Shown: positions 27,371 to 36,933, counted from the stretch's first letter. The stretch: DNA of 64,000 nt from an uncultured Clostridia bacterium (GCA_934167755.1 CAKPLT010000005.1:19937-83936), one strand, 5' to 3'. The notes: generated by a model from the sequence alone, not told the origin. Translations and numbers: made by a program.

Positions 27371-28162
27371 TCAATCTAAACCATTATCTTGTAACTTATA
27401 TTCAATAACCTCAATATTACTATTTTTACTTCTTTCTACCATACAGTTATATACTTGATTTCTCAAATTTATTTTCTGTTCATTCATATTTAAAGATTTA
27501 TCAGGAAAAAACGGTCCATCAATATATGTAACTATTTTTACTTTATCATTATTTTTTCCATAGCTTTGATATGTATTTGTCATACAAAAAGTCGGTTTAT
27601 TATATTGAATTGGATACTTAAATGATACAGCTTTAAATGGTCTTATTTTAGTATAATATGGCCAAATATGTGCTTCAGGATATATTGTAATTGGATGTCC
27701 TTTTTCAATATGTGTTTCTATTGCATTTATAAAATTTTTCATTCCATTTTTATTATTAGGAATTGGTATTGCTCCAAGTAATTGAATTCCATTTCCTAAT
27801 ATTTTCATAGAAACATTTTCTGGATTTACTATAAAATGATTTCTTTTGGGATACATTGGTAAACTCGGAATAAATACATCTGCAAACACCTGAGTATGGT
27901 TTACATATACAAAATATCCTTCTTTTTTATATGACCTTAGTTTTTCTTTTCCTATATATTTTATTCTAAATTTTAGCTTTCCATATAATATCTTGATTGG
28001 CATACTTAATACATTTTGTAATAAAAGAGAAGCAAAATTCCATAAAGAATTTTTGTGTATATACTTATACTTCTCATCAATAATCCTTGGTGTGATTTTT
28101 GCTCCTGAAAACTCATCATTTAATTCATCTTTATAGTAATATACTTGTTTAGATTTCATCAT
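27371..28162 (-). CDS. lysophospholipid (PlsC-type) acyltransferase family protein
   Basis: 263 aa with an NHTQVFAD (HX5D variant) region and an EAHIWPY block. Overlaps the upstream gene by 14 nt. Confidence 0.6.
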   Translation of the reverse strand: MMKSKQVYYYKDELNDEFSGAKITPRIIDEKYKYIHKNSLWNFASLLLQNVLSMPIKILYGKLKFRIKYIGKEKLRSYKKEGYFVYVNHTQVFADVFIPSLPMYPKRNHFIVNPENVSMKILGNGIQLLGAIPIPNNKNGMKNFINAIETHIEKGHPITIYPEAHIWPYYTKIRPFKAVSFKYPIQYNKPTFCMTNTYQSYGKNNDKVKIVTYIDGPFFPDKSLNMNEQKINLRNQVYNCMVERSKNSNIEVIEYKLQDNGLD

Positions 28163-29951
28163 TTACTTCCTCTTTTATTGTAGTATATTCTAATGGAATT
28201 TCATAAAATTCTTCATATATGTTTTTCCATACTTCAAAATTTTTGTTTTTCATAATTTCTACATTTTCTTTTTCTGATAATGTTACATCTGGATATATTG
28301 GCTTTTCTATATGGACATAATATTCTTTTACAGGAAATCCATCTTCACCAATAATATTACTATCTTTCATAGTTATAAATATTGGTATTACCGGTACATT
28401 ACTTCTTGTTGCTATTTTATATGCTCCATTTTTTAGTGGCTTTGGTTTTTCATAATTCCACCATAAACTTTGTTCTGGATATATCAATATAAAATCTCCT
28501 CTTTTTAAAATAGTATCTGCTGCTTGCATAAATTTTATCATTGTTCTTGTATTTGAGCTTAATGGTAATGTATCTGCATTTCTAAACAAGAATCCATAGA
28601 ATCCCGGAAAGTTTGTATAATTTCCTTCTCTTATTACTTTATATAATTTTTTCTTTTTTCGTTGCCCTGATAACGAAAATATTTCTTCTATAGTAAATGA
28701 ATCAAATGGATTAAAATGATTGCATGTAATTAATGCTCCATTTTTCATTTCACTCAAATATTCAAGACCTTCTACATCTTTTATAATCAATTTATTGTCT
28801 TTTATTATTGCATCTAAAAATCTTTCACCTAATTTATTTGCAAATTTATTTTTCCATTTATTTGTTCTTTTTGTTTTTAAATAATCTACATTCTCAGGTG
28901 TTAATTCTATTGATGGAGGATCATTTTCAGCATCAACATCAAATTTTCCTTCTTTTTCAAGTTGTTTTATTTTTTCTAATATTTCTATTCTTTCTTGTGA
29001 TTTTTCTGTCACTTGCACATTTCTGTACATTCTGTCATCTCCAACGCAGTCTGATTCTTTTTGTGCAAGTTCTCTTAATGCAATATCTGCTTCTCTATCT
29101 TTATATTTCATTTCATCTGTAAAATTTTCTTTTATTTTATTAATTGCTTCATAAAATTCTGTTTGTTTTGCTAAATCCCAAAAATACTTTCCAAATCTGA
29201 TATCATCATAATGCCATGGTTTGTATTGATAATTATAATGTATCAGTTTAATTTCTTCTTCTTTCATATCATCACTTGCTGTTGGCATTAAATTCCATGC
29301 TGTAGGTATAAGTTTTACTCTTCCTTTACAGATTCTATTTAAATAGTCTTGGTCTTGTATTACAGAAAACTTTATATTTTCTAATAAATATAAGAATTTT
29401 TCTTGAAATTGGAATTTTCTAAGTTCATCCAAATTCATTACTAACATTCCTGCATTAAAATATGTCTTATAACTTGCTACTCCTACTACTTTTTCAACAT
29501 ATTCTTGGAATACTTCGTTTTTTTGAATTATATCATCAGGTACTGCTCCTAGTAGATTATCTCCAATGTCAATTTGGTATAATTCTGCTATATCTTTTAA
29601 TAAAACTATATCACTATCTAAATAAATTACTTTATTATATTGTGGGTATAAGTTTGAAATAAATAGTCTAAAATATGTTGTCATTGAGAAATAGTCTCTC
29701 GTGTATAATTTATTTTTTATTTTTTCTATATAATAATTTAAATCTACATATTCTATACTTATATTTTCTCTTGTATATTTATTAATTTTTTCTTTACTTT
29801 CTTCGCTCATTCTTGTATATAATACTTTTATTACATAATAATATTCTTGTGATGCATTGTTTACCAATGATTGCAATGTTACTGCTAAAAATGGTACATA
29901 ATCATCATCAACTGCAAAGAAAATTGGTATTATTTCTTGATATTTTTCCAT
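28149..29951 (-). CDS. bifunctional fusion: GT8 glycosyltransferase (N-terminal) plus PlsC-type acyltransferase (C-terminal)
   Basis: N-terminal half: IFFAVDDDYVPFLAVTLQS, YLDSDIVLL and YFNAGMLVMNL (GT8). C-terminal half: ITCNHFNPFD (HX4D) and IYPEQSLW (acyltransferase). Confidence 0.7.
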   Translation of the reverse strand: MEKYQEIIPIFFAVDDDYVPFLAVTLQSLVNNASQEYYYVIKVLYTRMSEESKEKINKYTRENISIEYVDLNYYIEKIKNKLYTRDYFSMTTYFRLFISNLYPQYNKVIYLDSDIVLLKDIAELYQIDIGDNLLGAVPDDIIQKNEVFQEYVEKVVGVASYKTYFNAGMLVMNLDELRKFQFQEKFLYLLENIKFSVIQDQDYLNRICKGRVKLIPTAWNLMPTASDDMKEEEIKLIHYNYQYKPWHYDDIRFGKYFWDLAKQTEFYEAINKIKENFTDEMKYKDREADIALRELAQKESDCVGDDRMYRNVQVTEKSQERIEILEKIKQLEKEGKFDVDAENDPPSIELTPENVDYLKTKRTNKWKNKFANKLGERFLDAIIKDNKLIIKDVEGLEYLSEMKNGALITCNHFNPFDSFTIEEIFSLSGQRKKKKLYKVIREGNYTNFPGFYGFLFRNADTLPLSSNTRTMIKFMQAADTILKRGDFILIYPEQSLWWNYEKPKPLKNGAYKIATRSNVPVIPIFITMKDSNIIGEDGFPVKEYYVHIEKPIYPDVTLSEKENVEIMKNKNFEVWKNIYEEFYEIPLEYTTIKEEVNDEI

Positions 29952-30791
29952 CTAAACTTCCTCTTTCATTCTTGCATTATATTCTTCTTTTAATTTCAAA
30001 TATTCTTCTAAATCTTTGTCAAAATAATAACATTTTAAAACTTTATGAACTTCTTCAATATTCCATTGCTTAAAATTTTCTGTGTGTGGATATGGTAAAA
30101 GCATTAATCTTTTACAAAAATGACATATTATTGTGTCTTTTTTATTGAATTTTGATTGTTCATTATATATTCTTGGTATAATTTTCTTTTTGGTTGTTGA
30201 CCAAAATATTGCATCTTGATCTGCAAATAACATTTTTTTAGTTTTTATTCTTTCCCTTGCTTTTTCTAAGAGCTTTGTTTCTTTTATTTTTTTCATATTT
30301 AATAATAGCATTCCAGCATTTATATAGTCTGGTCTTATTAGCCAACATCCATATTTTTCTTTTACTGCTGCATATTCATAATTTTTAATATCTATGTTAT
30401 ATAACTGTGAAATATCACCACCTGCCATCATATCTATATCTAAATACAATAATTTTTCTGGCATTTCTGGTATTAAATCTGCTAATAATCGTAATAATGT
30501 ATATGGGGTACAATATGCACCTTCATTTACACAGTTTTTAAATTGATTTTCATATATTTCTGTTACATCTATTCTTATTACTTGATTTTCTGAATTTTTT
30601 CTTTTGAATACTTGGTTTAAAAAATCTACTTGTTCTTCACTTATTGGTGTATATTCTGGTTTTATTCTTGTTAATTCTGCAGTAAATATATAACATTTTA
30701 TTTGTTCCTGTGTTCTGTTTGTTATTGATATTAGTTCTGTTAAAGCTCCATCAAATACTTTTTCATTTCCACATAATAATAAGTTTATCAT
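29952..30791 (-). CDS. GT8 family glycosyltransferase
   Basis: Motifs LLYLDIDMM and YINAGMLLLNM. 279 aa. The stop abuts the next start. Confidence 0.7.
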   Translation of the reverse strand: MINLLLCGNEKVFDGALTELISITNRTQEQIKCYIFTAELTRIKPEYTPISEEQVDFLNQVFKRKNSENQVIRIDVTEIYENQFKNCVNEGAYCTPYTLLRLLADLIPEMPEKLLYLDIDMMAGGDISQLYNIDIKNYEYAAVKEKYGCWLIRPDYINAGMLLLNMKKIKETKLLEKARERIKTKKMLFADQDAIFWSTTKKKIIPRIYNEQSKFNKKDTIICHFCKRLMLLPYPHTENFKQWNIEEVHKVLKCYYFDKDLEEYLKLKEEYNARMKEEV

Positions 30792-30824
30792 TTTATCCTC
30801 TTCTTCTTATTTTTTCACTTATTA

Positions 30825-30853
30825 ATTTTAACATTTTGTTTCATTTTTATCAA
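30825..30853 (-). promoter_or_regulatory. putative promoter of the GT8 operon (TTGATA-17-TAAAAT with TGn)
   Basis: The -35 reverse complement is at 30848-30853 and the -10 reverse complement at 30825-30830. Confidence 0.45.
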
Positions 30854-30909
30854 GAATTTTTTACATTAATTTTAAATAATAGCGTAAAAGAGCAAATTAA
30901 CTCGAAAAT

Positions 30910-31392
30910 TTAAATTTTTTTCCTTGAAAATTCTTTTATATCATCATATACTTGTTTTTCCAAGAAATTTTTATTATCTTCTATATTATTTCTTATTTTA
31001 CTTGCACTTATAGGAATTTGTACTTTTTTTATATCAACAGTTCTGTTTTTAATTCCAAGATATTGTGCTACTTTTTCTCCATATGGTTCGCTGCTATAAA
31101 AACAAGTCACTGGTATTCCTTCTATTTGCTTTATTAAATATTCCATTTGAATTTTTACACTTTCTTCATCTAAACCATATTGTTTAGGACTGTTATACGC
31201 ATAAATTAGTTTTACTTTTTTATACTTATTTTTTATCCACTGTGCCCTTTTTTCTATCGGTATATTAATAATATCTGTATCATATATAACGATATAAAAT
31301 TCATCTGTTTCTCTTAACGCTGTTTCTATTAAATATTCATGTCCTTTATGAAATGGTGCAAATTTTCCAATTGTAAATCCTACCTTTTTCAT
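30910..31392 (-). CDS. cytidylyl/adenylyl-transferase family protein (HxGH nucleotidyltransferase)
   Basis: MKKVGFTIGKFAPFHKGHEYLI contains the GxFxPxHxGH motif. 160 aa. Confidence 0.65.
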   Translation of the reverse strand: MKKVGFTIGKFAPFHKGHEYLIETALRETDEFYIVIYDTDIINIPIEKRAQWIKNKYKKVKLIYAYNSPKQYGLDEESVKIQMEYLIKQIEGIPVTCFYSSEPYGEKVAQYLGIKNRTVDIKKVQIPISASKIRNNIEDNKNFLEKQVYDDIKEFSRKKI

Positions 31393-31422
31393 AATTTTCT
31401 CCTTTTCTCTCTTTTTCTTTAT

Positions 31423-31451
31423 ATTTTATTTTATGTTTCTAAAATTGTCAA
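31423..31451 (-). promoter_or_regulatory. putative promoter (TTGACA-17-TAAAAT) of the nucleotidyltransferase gene
   Basis: The -35 reverse complement is at 31446-31451 and the -10 reverse complement at 31423-31428. Confidence 0.5.
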
Positions 31452-31472
31452 GAAATATTAAAAGCCGTTCTT

Positions 31473-32135
31473 TTATTGAACAGCTTTTTTCTGTAAATCA
31501 TAAACTATATCTACATTATCACAAACATTTTGAGAATGTGTAACAATTATAATACACTTGTTTTCATCTCTAGCAAGTGTTTTAAAAATTTTTAGAATTT
31601 CGTTTTCTGTATCTTTGTCTAAATTTCCTGTTGGTTCATCAGCAATAATGATTTTAGGGTTATACGCCAAACTTCTTGCAATAGCAATACGCTGTTGTTC
31701 CCCTCCTGAAAGTTTTAATATTTTTCTATTTGCTTTATCCTCAGAAAGTCCTACATTTTTCATCAATTCTAAAGCTTTTTGTTTTTTATCTTCTACTTTT
31801 ACTTTACTAATATCCATTGATAAAATTATATTTTCCAATGCTGTTAGTCTTGGCAATAAATTGTAACTTTGAAATACAATTCCTATATCTGTATTTCTAT
31901 AAGTATCTAAATTCATCTTTTTTAATTCTTTACCATCATATAAAATTTGACCTTCTGTGCAATTTTCTAATCCCGTAATAAGTGATAATAATGTTGTTTT
32001 TCCACTTCCACTTTTTCCTTTTATTGCATACATTTTACCTTCTTCAAAATCATAGTTTATATTTTTAAATACATAACTATCTTTTGGTGCATCTTTATAT
32101 CTGTAACATACATTTTCTAATTTTAATATTCCCAT
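31473..32135 (-). CDS. ABC transporter ATP-binding protein (MacB/LolD-like)
   Basis: Motifs GKSGSGKTT, LSGGEQQR and IIIADEPTGNLD. 220 aa. Confidence 0.9.
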   Translation of the reverse strand: MGILKLENVCYRYKDAPKDSYVFKNINYDFEEGKMYAIKGKSGSGKTTLLSLITGLENCTEGQILYDGKELKKMNLDTYRNTDIGIVFQSYNLLPRLTALENIILSMDISKVKVEDKKQKALELMKNVGLSEDKANRKILKLSGGEQQRIAIARSLAYNPKIIIADEPTGNLDKDTENEILKIFKTLARDENKCIIIVTHSQNVCDNVDIVYDLQKKAVQ

Positions 32136-32170
32136 TTTTTATATCCTCTCTTTCTCTTGGCTTACATCAA

Positions 32171-32235
32171 GTTGGAAAATAATTACAATTTTGACTGTTT
32201 CAAATTTCATTGTCAAAATTTAATTCTTTTCCAAC
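32171..32235 (+). repeat. Repeat family E, copy 2: 65-nt near-perfect nested hairpin between the permease and ATPase genes
   Basis: GTTGGAAAAtAATTacAATTTTGACtgtttcaaatttcattGTCAAAATTtAATTcTTTTCCAAC. Confidence 0.8.
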
Positions 32236-32239
32236 CTCA

Positions 32240-33799
32240 TTATGATCTTTCTTTTAAAATAGTCAATGGTGAAAAACGCTGTATACTAATCATTGATGCT
32301 AAACTACTAATTAATGTTAATAATAATCCAATTCCTAACAATTGTATTACCACTGTAAAATCAACAACCGCTTCCATATTTTGAATTGTTTGAACTTTTC
32401 CACCTTTATTAAATTGCATCTCCATTCCTCCATGTTTACCAAAATTATTTGACATTTCTTCCTGTGCATCTTGACTTGATTCAATTTCATTTGCTAATAA
32501 CATATTTCCTACTGGCTTTGCTAAGAATGCTCCAATTATTGCTCCTATTATTAATGAAATTGTAGAAACGATTAGTAATTCTAGTACAAACTGCATTGTT
32601 AATTTTAGTTTACTCATTCCTATTGTTCTAAATACACCAATTTCGTATTTTCTTTCTCTAATGTTTATCATATTAATTACAAATAATACTAAAGAAGATA
32701 TTATTAATGTAATAATCAAAAATGTAGTTGCAAAAGTTTTTACATTTTCAATTGATTCTGTTGCACTTGTTATTTCATCTAAATTTGTATTAACAGTATA
32801 GTATTCATTTAGTCCTTTTTCTTTTACTTCTGTTGTAAATGCTTCGATATCATCTTCACTATTTAAAATAAATGATGGTGTTACATTTGTTGTAAGTGTA
32901 CTATCATCTGCAACAAGTTGTTTAATTACTTCACTTCCTGTAATTATTTTATTTGCTGATTTTGAGTACATACTTGCTGTATCTCCATTATCATTATTGC
33001 TACTATAAATACCTGTTACTTTAAAATCATATGTTTTTTCTGTTGTTGAATTTTTTAATGTAATTGTATCTCCAACCTTTACACTATTTAAAGTTGCTAA
33101 TTCTGAACTTATTACACATTCAAATCCATTGAAATCTGATATCATTTCTCCATCTGTTATTGTTGATGTTCCTTCTGTAAATTCTGTCATTGCATCATAT
33201 GAAGAATATCCATCTAATTCAAAATCACCTGTAAGGTTCTTATCACTTTCAAATTTTTCTTTTGATTTTGTAATTACTGTTGTTGTATTATTCTCTGTTA
33301 CTGTGTGTCTTTCACCCAATTGTCCTTCTGGCATATTAGGTCTATTTCCAGAACTACCTGTAGTACTTGTTGTTGTATTTGATGATGTTGTTGTTTGTTT
33401 ATCTTCTACTTCATATTCAAATGAATCTGTTGCTTTGCTTAATGTGTCACTATTTAATGAAGTTGTATAAGTATAATAATATCCTTTTAAATAACTACTT
33501 TCCCCATAATTTTTAACATCATCAATTGTTAGTGATTGTATATTATTAAAAGCTTCTATATTCTCTTTTTGTGCATCTTCTCCACCTTTAAAATTCTTTC
33601 CTAATTGTCCCCTATCAAATGATATTGTTGCAATTAAGTCGTGTGATTCTTCATAGTTTTTTACTATTGTATTTGCTGTATTTCTTATTGCCAATGTTAC
33701 TGTTGATGCACATGCTATTGTTAGTATTATTATGCCTATTAATATGTTCCTTCCTTTGTTTCTAAAAATTGATATTAAACTATTTTTCAAAATATACAT
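32240..33799 (-). CDS. ABC transporter permease, FtsX/MacB-type with a large extracytoplasmic domain
   Basis: N-terminal TM, a ~330-aa Thr/Ser-rich external domain, then an FtsX-like TM bundle (FRTIGMSKLKL...). Confidence 0.8.
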   Translation of the reverse strand: MYILKNSLISIFRNKGRNILIGIIILTIACASTVTLAIRNTANTIVKNYEESHDLIATISFDRGQLGKNFKGGEDAQKENIEAFNNIQSLTIDDVKNYGESSYLKGYYYTYTTSLNSDTLSKATDSFEYEVEDKQTTTSSNTTTSTTGSSGNRPNMPEGQLGERHTVTENNTTTVITKSKEKFESDKNLTGDFELDGYSSYDAMTEFTEGTSTITDGEMISDFNGFECVISSELATLNSVKVGDTITLKNSTTEKTYDFKVTGIYSSNNDNGDTASMYSKSANKIITGSEVIKQLVADDSTLTTNVTPSFILNSEDDIEAFTTEVKEKGLNEYYTVNTNLDEITSATESIENVKTFATTFLIITLIISSLVLFVINMINIRERKYEIGVFRTIGMSKLKLTMQFVLELLIVSTISLIIGAIIGAFLAKPVGNMLLANEIESSQDAQEEMSNNFGKHGGMEMQFNKGGKVQTIQNMEAVVDFTVVIQLLGIGLLLTLISSLASMISIQRFSPLTILKERS

Positions 33800-33868
33800 T
33801 TTCTTCCTCCTTGTATTTATTAATTTAATTATTATTTTCCAATTCGAATATTAATATAATATATAAAG

Positions 33869-33887
33869 ATTGAAAATTTATTGAAAA
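33869..33887. promoter_or_regulatory. direct repeats ATTGAAAA x2 at 11-bp spacing (candidate response-regulator box) in the divergent region
   Basis: Copies at 33869-33876 and 33880-33887, with further ATTGAAA/ATTGACA copies at 33895 and 33901. On the minus strand they read TTTTCAAT-aaa-TTTTCAAT just upstream of a -10-like TATATT that has no -35. Confidence 0.35.
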
Positions 33888-33901
33888 GTATCTCATTGAA
33901 A

Positions 33902-33930
33902 TTGACATAATCCAAGATATAAAGTATAAT
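33902..33930 (+). promoter_or_regulatory. consensus sigma-A promoter TTGACA-17-TATAAT
   Basis: -35 at 33902-33907, -10 at 33925-33930, spacer exactly 17 nt. Confidence 0.65.
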
Positions 33931-33999
33931 ATATCTATGTGTAGTTACACACATACTTGTTATTAATCTAAATTTTTAATTAAAGTGGAGGTAATCAGT

Positions 34000-34245
34000 A
34001 TGAGAATTTGTGTTTTACGGAGAGATGGAGAAGACATACATAACGGTATGGCTCAAGTAACGATAATGCTGGTACACGAATATTTTGGTGAAAAAACCAA
34101 AGTATATATTCAGCCAAAAAAAGAAGAACTAACACAAGCAATAGCGTTTAATATTCCCTCTTCTGAAGAACCAGACAAAATAATAAAATTTATAGTTAGG
34201 ATATCAACTATAAATCCACTGTATGCTGTAAAGATTTTGGATTAA
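34000..34245 (+). CDS. hypothetical 81-aa protein, compositionally atypical
   Basis: ATG at 34000 lies 7 nt after GGAGGT (the ORF-track GTG at 33985 is rejected). C/G-ending and rare codons (CGG, ACG, CTG, GAC, CAC) are much more frequent than in the neighbours. It has its own promoter and terminator. Confidence 0.6.
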   Translation: MRICVLRRDGEDIHNGMAQVTIMLVHEYFGEKTKVYIQPKKEELTQAIAFNIPSSEEPDKIIKFIVRISTINPLYAVKILD

Positions 34246-34251
34246 AATCAT

Positions 34252-34285
34252 AAGAGGAGACTCACTCGGTCTCCTCTTTATTATT
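34252..34285. terminator. bidirectional rho-independent terminator
   Basis: AAGAGGAGAC-tcactcg-GTCTCCTCTT followed by TATTATTT. The reverse sense also ends in a U-rich tract and serves the kinase gene. Confidence 0.75.
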
Positions 34286-34302
34286 TGTTATTTAATATAT
34301 TA

Positions 34303-35316
34303 CTAATCTTTTATAGGAAAACTTACTTTAAAACAAGTAATTCCTTCTTTACATTCAACATCTATTTTACCATTATATTTCACAACAGTAGATTTAGCAA
34401 TTGCCAAGCCTAAGCCATATCTCTTTTCATCTCTATTTCGAGCTTTATCAACTCTGTAAAACCTTTCAAAAATTCTATCTTGTTGATCTTTAGGAATTGG
34501 CTCACCACAATTTCTAACATTAATAATAACATTGTTTTTTTCTTGTAGCAGATCTACTTCTACCTCTTTCTCTTTTAGAGAATGTTTTATTGCATTATCT
34601 AATAATGTAGAAACAATATGTTCAATATCTTGCTTATTACCATTTAATATAATATTATTTTGAATTTTAGTAATTATTTTCACTTGTTTTTCATATGCCA
34701 TACTTTCAAACATTGAAGTTATTGTTTCGATATATTCTGATAAATTAATTTTTTCATAGTCTTTTATATCATCTACATTTTCTATTTTTGCAAGCAACAA
34801 TAATTCATTTATTAATTTATCCATACTTTCTGTTTCACTTTGAATATATTTTAGCCATTTGTTGTCTCCAATTTCATTTTCTAATACATCTGAATTTGCT
34901 TCTATAACAGCAAGAGGTGTTTTTAATTCATGTGATGCATCTGATATAAATTGTTTTTGCTTTTCTAATGTTTCATTTATAGGTTTTACTATAACCTCAG
35001 ATATTTTTTTCGAAACTAAGTATATCATTATTAAAGATATTAAAGTCATAGTTGTAGAAAATATTATTATTTTTTTTACTTGTGAACTTGCTTTTTCATT
35101 TTGCTCTTTTATAAATTCATCTATTTCGGTTCTATTTTGTTCTCCTCTAAATTCAGGTCTTTCTTGCATTCTTGTAACTCGATCTATATTCATTCTTGAT
35201 GTTCTCATTGCATTATTGTAATTTAAAGATGCAAAAATTAAAATTATTCCTAAAATAATTACTGTTAAAGAGGTAAATAATATCATAAAAATTTTATTTT
35301 TTAACTTTTTAATCAT
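34303..35316 (-). CDS. sensor histidine kinase (two TM segments, short external loop)
   Basis: H-box SHELKTPL, an N-box region and the G2 box GLGLAIAKS. 337 aa. Confidence 0.9.
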   Translation of the reverse strand: MIKKLKNKIFMILFTSLTVIILGIILIFASLNYNNAMRTSRMNIDRVTRMQERPEFRGEQNRTEIDEFIKEQNEKASSQVKKIIIFSTTMTLISLIMIYLVSKKISEVIVKPINETLEKQKQFISDASHELKTPLAVIEANSDVLENEIGDNKWLKYIQSETESMDKLINELLLLAKIENVDDIKDYEKINLSEYIETITSMFESMAYEKQVKIITKIQNNIILNGNKQDIEHIVSTLLDNAIKHSLKEKEVEVDLLQEKNNVIINVRNCGEPIPKDQQDRIFERFYRVDKARNRDEKRYGLGLAIAKSTVVKYNGKIDVECKEGITCFKVSFPIKD

Positions 35317-35989
35317 TGTCTACCTCCATTTTATATCCAATTCCCCTAATTGCTTTAATTTTTATATTTGCTTTTAATAATCTCAATTTTTTTCTTAAGA
35401 AAGAAATATATACTTCTACATTATTATATTCAGCTTCACTGTCATATCCCCATATCTTGTTAGCTAAAGTTTCTCTATCCATTATTTGATTTTTATTTAT
35501 CAAAAAAGTTTCTAATAATTCTAGTTCTTTACCATTTATTGTTATCTTATTTTCATTACAACTCATTTCGCCTGTTTTTGTATTGAATTTTAATTTTCCT
35601 AATTCTAACACATTTATATCTTCCACTTTTGCATTTCTTTTTAGAACCACTTTTATTCTTGCAACTAATTCTTTCATATGAAATGGTTTTGTTATGTAAT
35701 CATCAACTCCATTTTCTAAACCATTTAGCTTATCATATATTTCTGATTTAGCAGTTAACATTATAACTGGCGTTTCGATTTTTTCTCTTCTTAATTCTTT
35801 TAATATTTCAAATCCGTCTTTATGTGGTAGCATAACATCTAGCAAAATCAAATCATATATATCTGTTAATGCCTCGTCTTCTCCATCTTCTCCATCTGTT
35901 ACAATTTTTACTAAAAAATTCTCTTTTTTTAAAGTTTCTGCTATTGCATCTGCTAGGCTATATTGATCTTCTATTATTAAAACTTTCAT
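35309..35989 (-). CDS. OmpR-family response regulator
   Basis: Receiver domain (MKVLIIEDQ..LLDVMLPHKDG) plus a winged helix (VYISFLRKKL..RGIGYKM). Overlaps the kinase start by 8 nt. Confidence 0.92.
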   Translation of the reverse strand: MKVLIIEDQYSLADAIAETLKKENFLVKIVTDGEDGEDEALTDIYDLILLDVMLPHKDGFEILKELRREKIETPVIMLTAKSEIYDKLNGLENGVDDYITKPFHMKELVARIKVVLKRNAKVEDINVLELGKLKFNTKTGEMSCNENKITINGKELELLETFLINKNQIMDRETLANKIWGYDSEAEYNNVEVYISFLRKKLRLLKANIKIKAIRGIGYKMEVDND

Positions 35990-36023
35990 CTTTTATATCA
36001 TTCCTTTCTCAAGGTAATTGTAG

Positions 36024-36620
36024 TTATTTTTCAACATTTAGTATTTTATTTATCTGTTCTAATGTAATACTTCCCTGTCTCAAAATTATTGGTTTTTCAT
36101 CTATTACTTGTACAATAGTTGATGCAAGGCCTAATTCACTGTTTCCACCATCAATGCAATAGTCTACTTTTCCTTCAAAATTTTTCATTATTTCTTGCAA
36201 ATTTGTACCACTTGGTTCTCCAGAGATATTCGCACTTGGAGCTGCAATTGGAACTCCTGATAATTCTACAAGTTTCCTTGCTATCTCTCCTCTTGGCATT
36301 CTTACTCCTATTGTATCTTGTCCAGCAGTTACAATATCAGGTACAATATCTTTCTTTTTCAATATTATTGTTAACGGTCCTGGAAAAAAATTCTTCATTA
36401 TTTTGTATTCTTTTTCTGTTATGTCTTTTGCTATCAGATTTACCATTTTCATATTGGCTACTAGTAAACTAATTGGTTTATTTAATGGTCTTTGTTTTAC
36501 TTCATATAGTTTTCTTACAGCTTTTTCATCTAAACCATTAGTTCCAATTCCATATACTGTTTCTGTTGGAAATATTACTATTTTCCCTTGTTTTATTAAT
36601 TCTCCTGCTTCTTCTATCAC
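36024..36620 (-). CDS. tsaC: L-threonylcarbamoyladenylate synthase (TsaC/YwlC/Sua5 family)
   Basis: Motifs FPTETVYGIGTN, KQRPLNKPISLLV and PSANISGEPS. 198 aa. GTG start. Confidence 0.88.
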   Translation of the reverse strand: MIEEAGELIKQGKIVIFPTETVYGIGTNGLDEKAVRKLYEVKQRPLNKPISLLVANMKMVNLIAKDITEKEYKIMKNFFPGPLTIILKKKDIVPDIVTAGQDTIGVRMPRGEIARKLVELSGVPIAAPSANISGEPSGTNLQEIMKNFEGKVDYCIDGGNSELGLASTIVQVIDEKPIILRQGSITLEQINKILNVEK

Positions 36621-36660
36621 CTAATATTCATCTCTTTTCTTCCATTTTATGTCTATTTTC

Positions 36661-36689
36661 TTGATTTATGGCTATATTTATAGTATAAT
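36661..36689 (+). promoter_or_regulatory. putative promoter TTGATT-17-TATAAT
   Basis: -35 at 36661-36666 and -10 at 36684-36689. Confidence 0.5.
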
Positions 36690-36725
36690 CTAAAATATTA
36701 ATATTATATTTTAGGAGGTACTTAT

Positions 36726-36932
36726 ATGTTATTCAAAAAGAAAAACTATCACTACTTTGTATCTGGCATGTGTTGCAATAAACCTTTTATGACTCAAGTA
36801 TTACTCCCAAATAAGATATCTTCATATGATGATATTTATGTATTAGAAAATGCTTGTGCCATAAAATTTAATGTAAATTATGATGATATTGTAATAATGA
36901 ATTACAAATTATTAAAGCATTTTCGGTATTGA
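36726..36932 (+). CDS. hypothetical 68-aa protein
   Basis: RBS ttaggaggtacttatATG, with its own promoter and terminator. I recognise no family. Confidence 0.55.
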   Translation: MLFKKKNYHYFVSGMCCNKPFMTQVLLPNKISSYDDIYVLENACAIKFNVNYDDIVIMNYKLLKHFRY

Positions 36933-36933
36933 A

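Noticed and set aside
32157-32384. A 75-aa plus-strand ORF spanning the permease-ATPase spacer.
   Set aside because: It is generated by the family E hairpin plus the antisense of the permease 3' end, and has no RBS.
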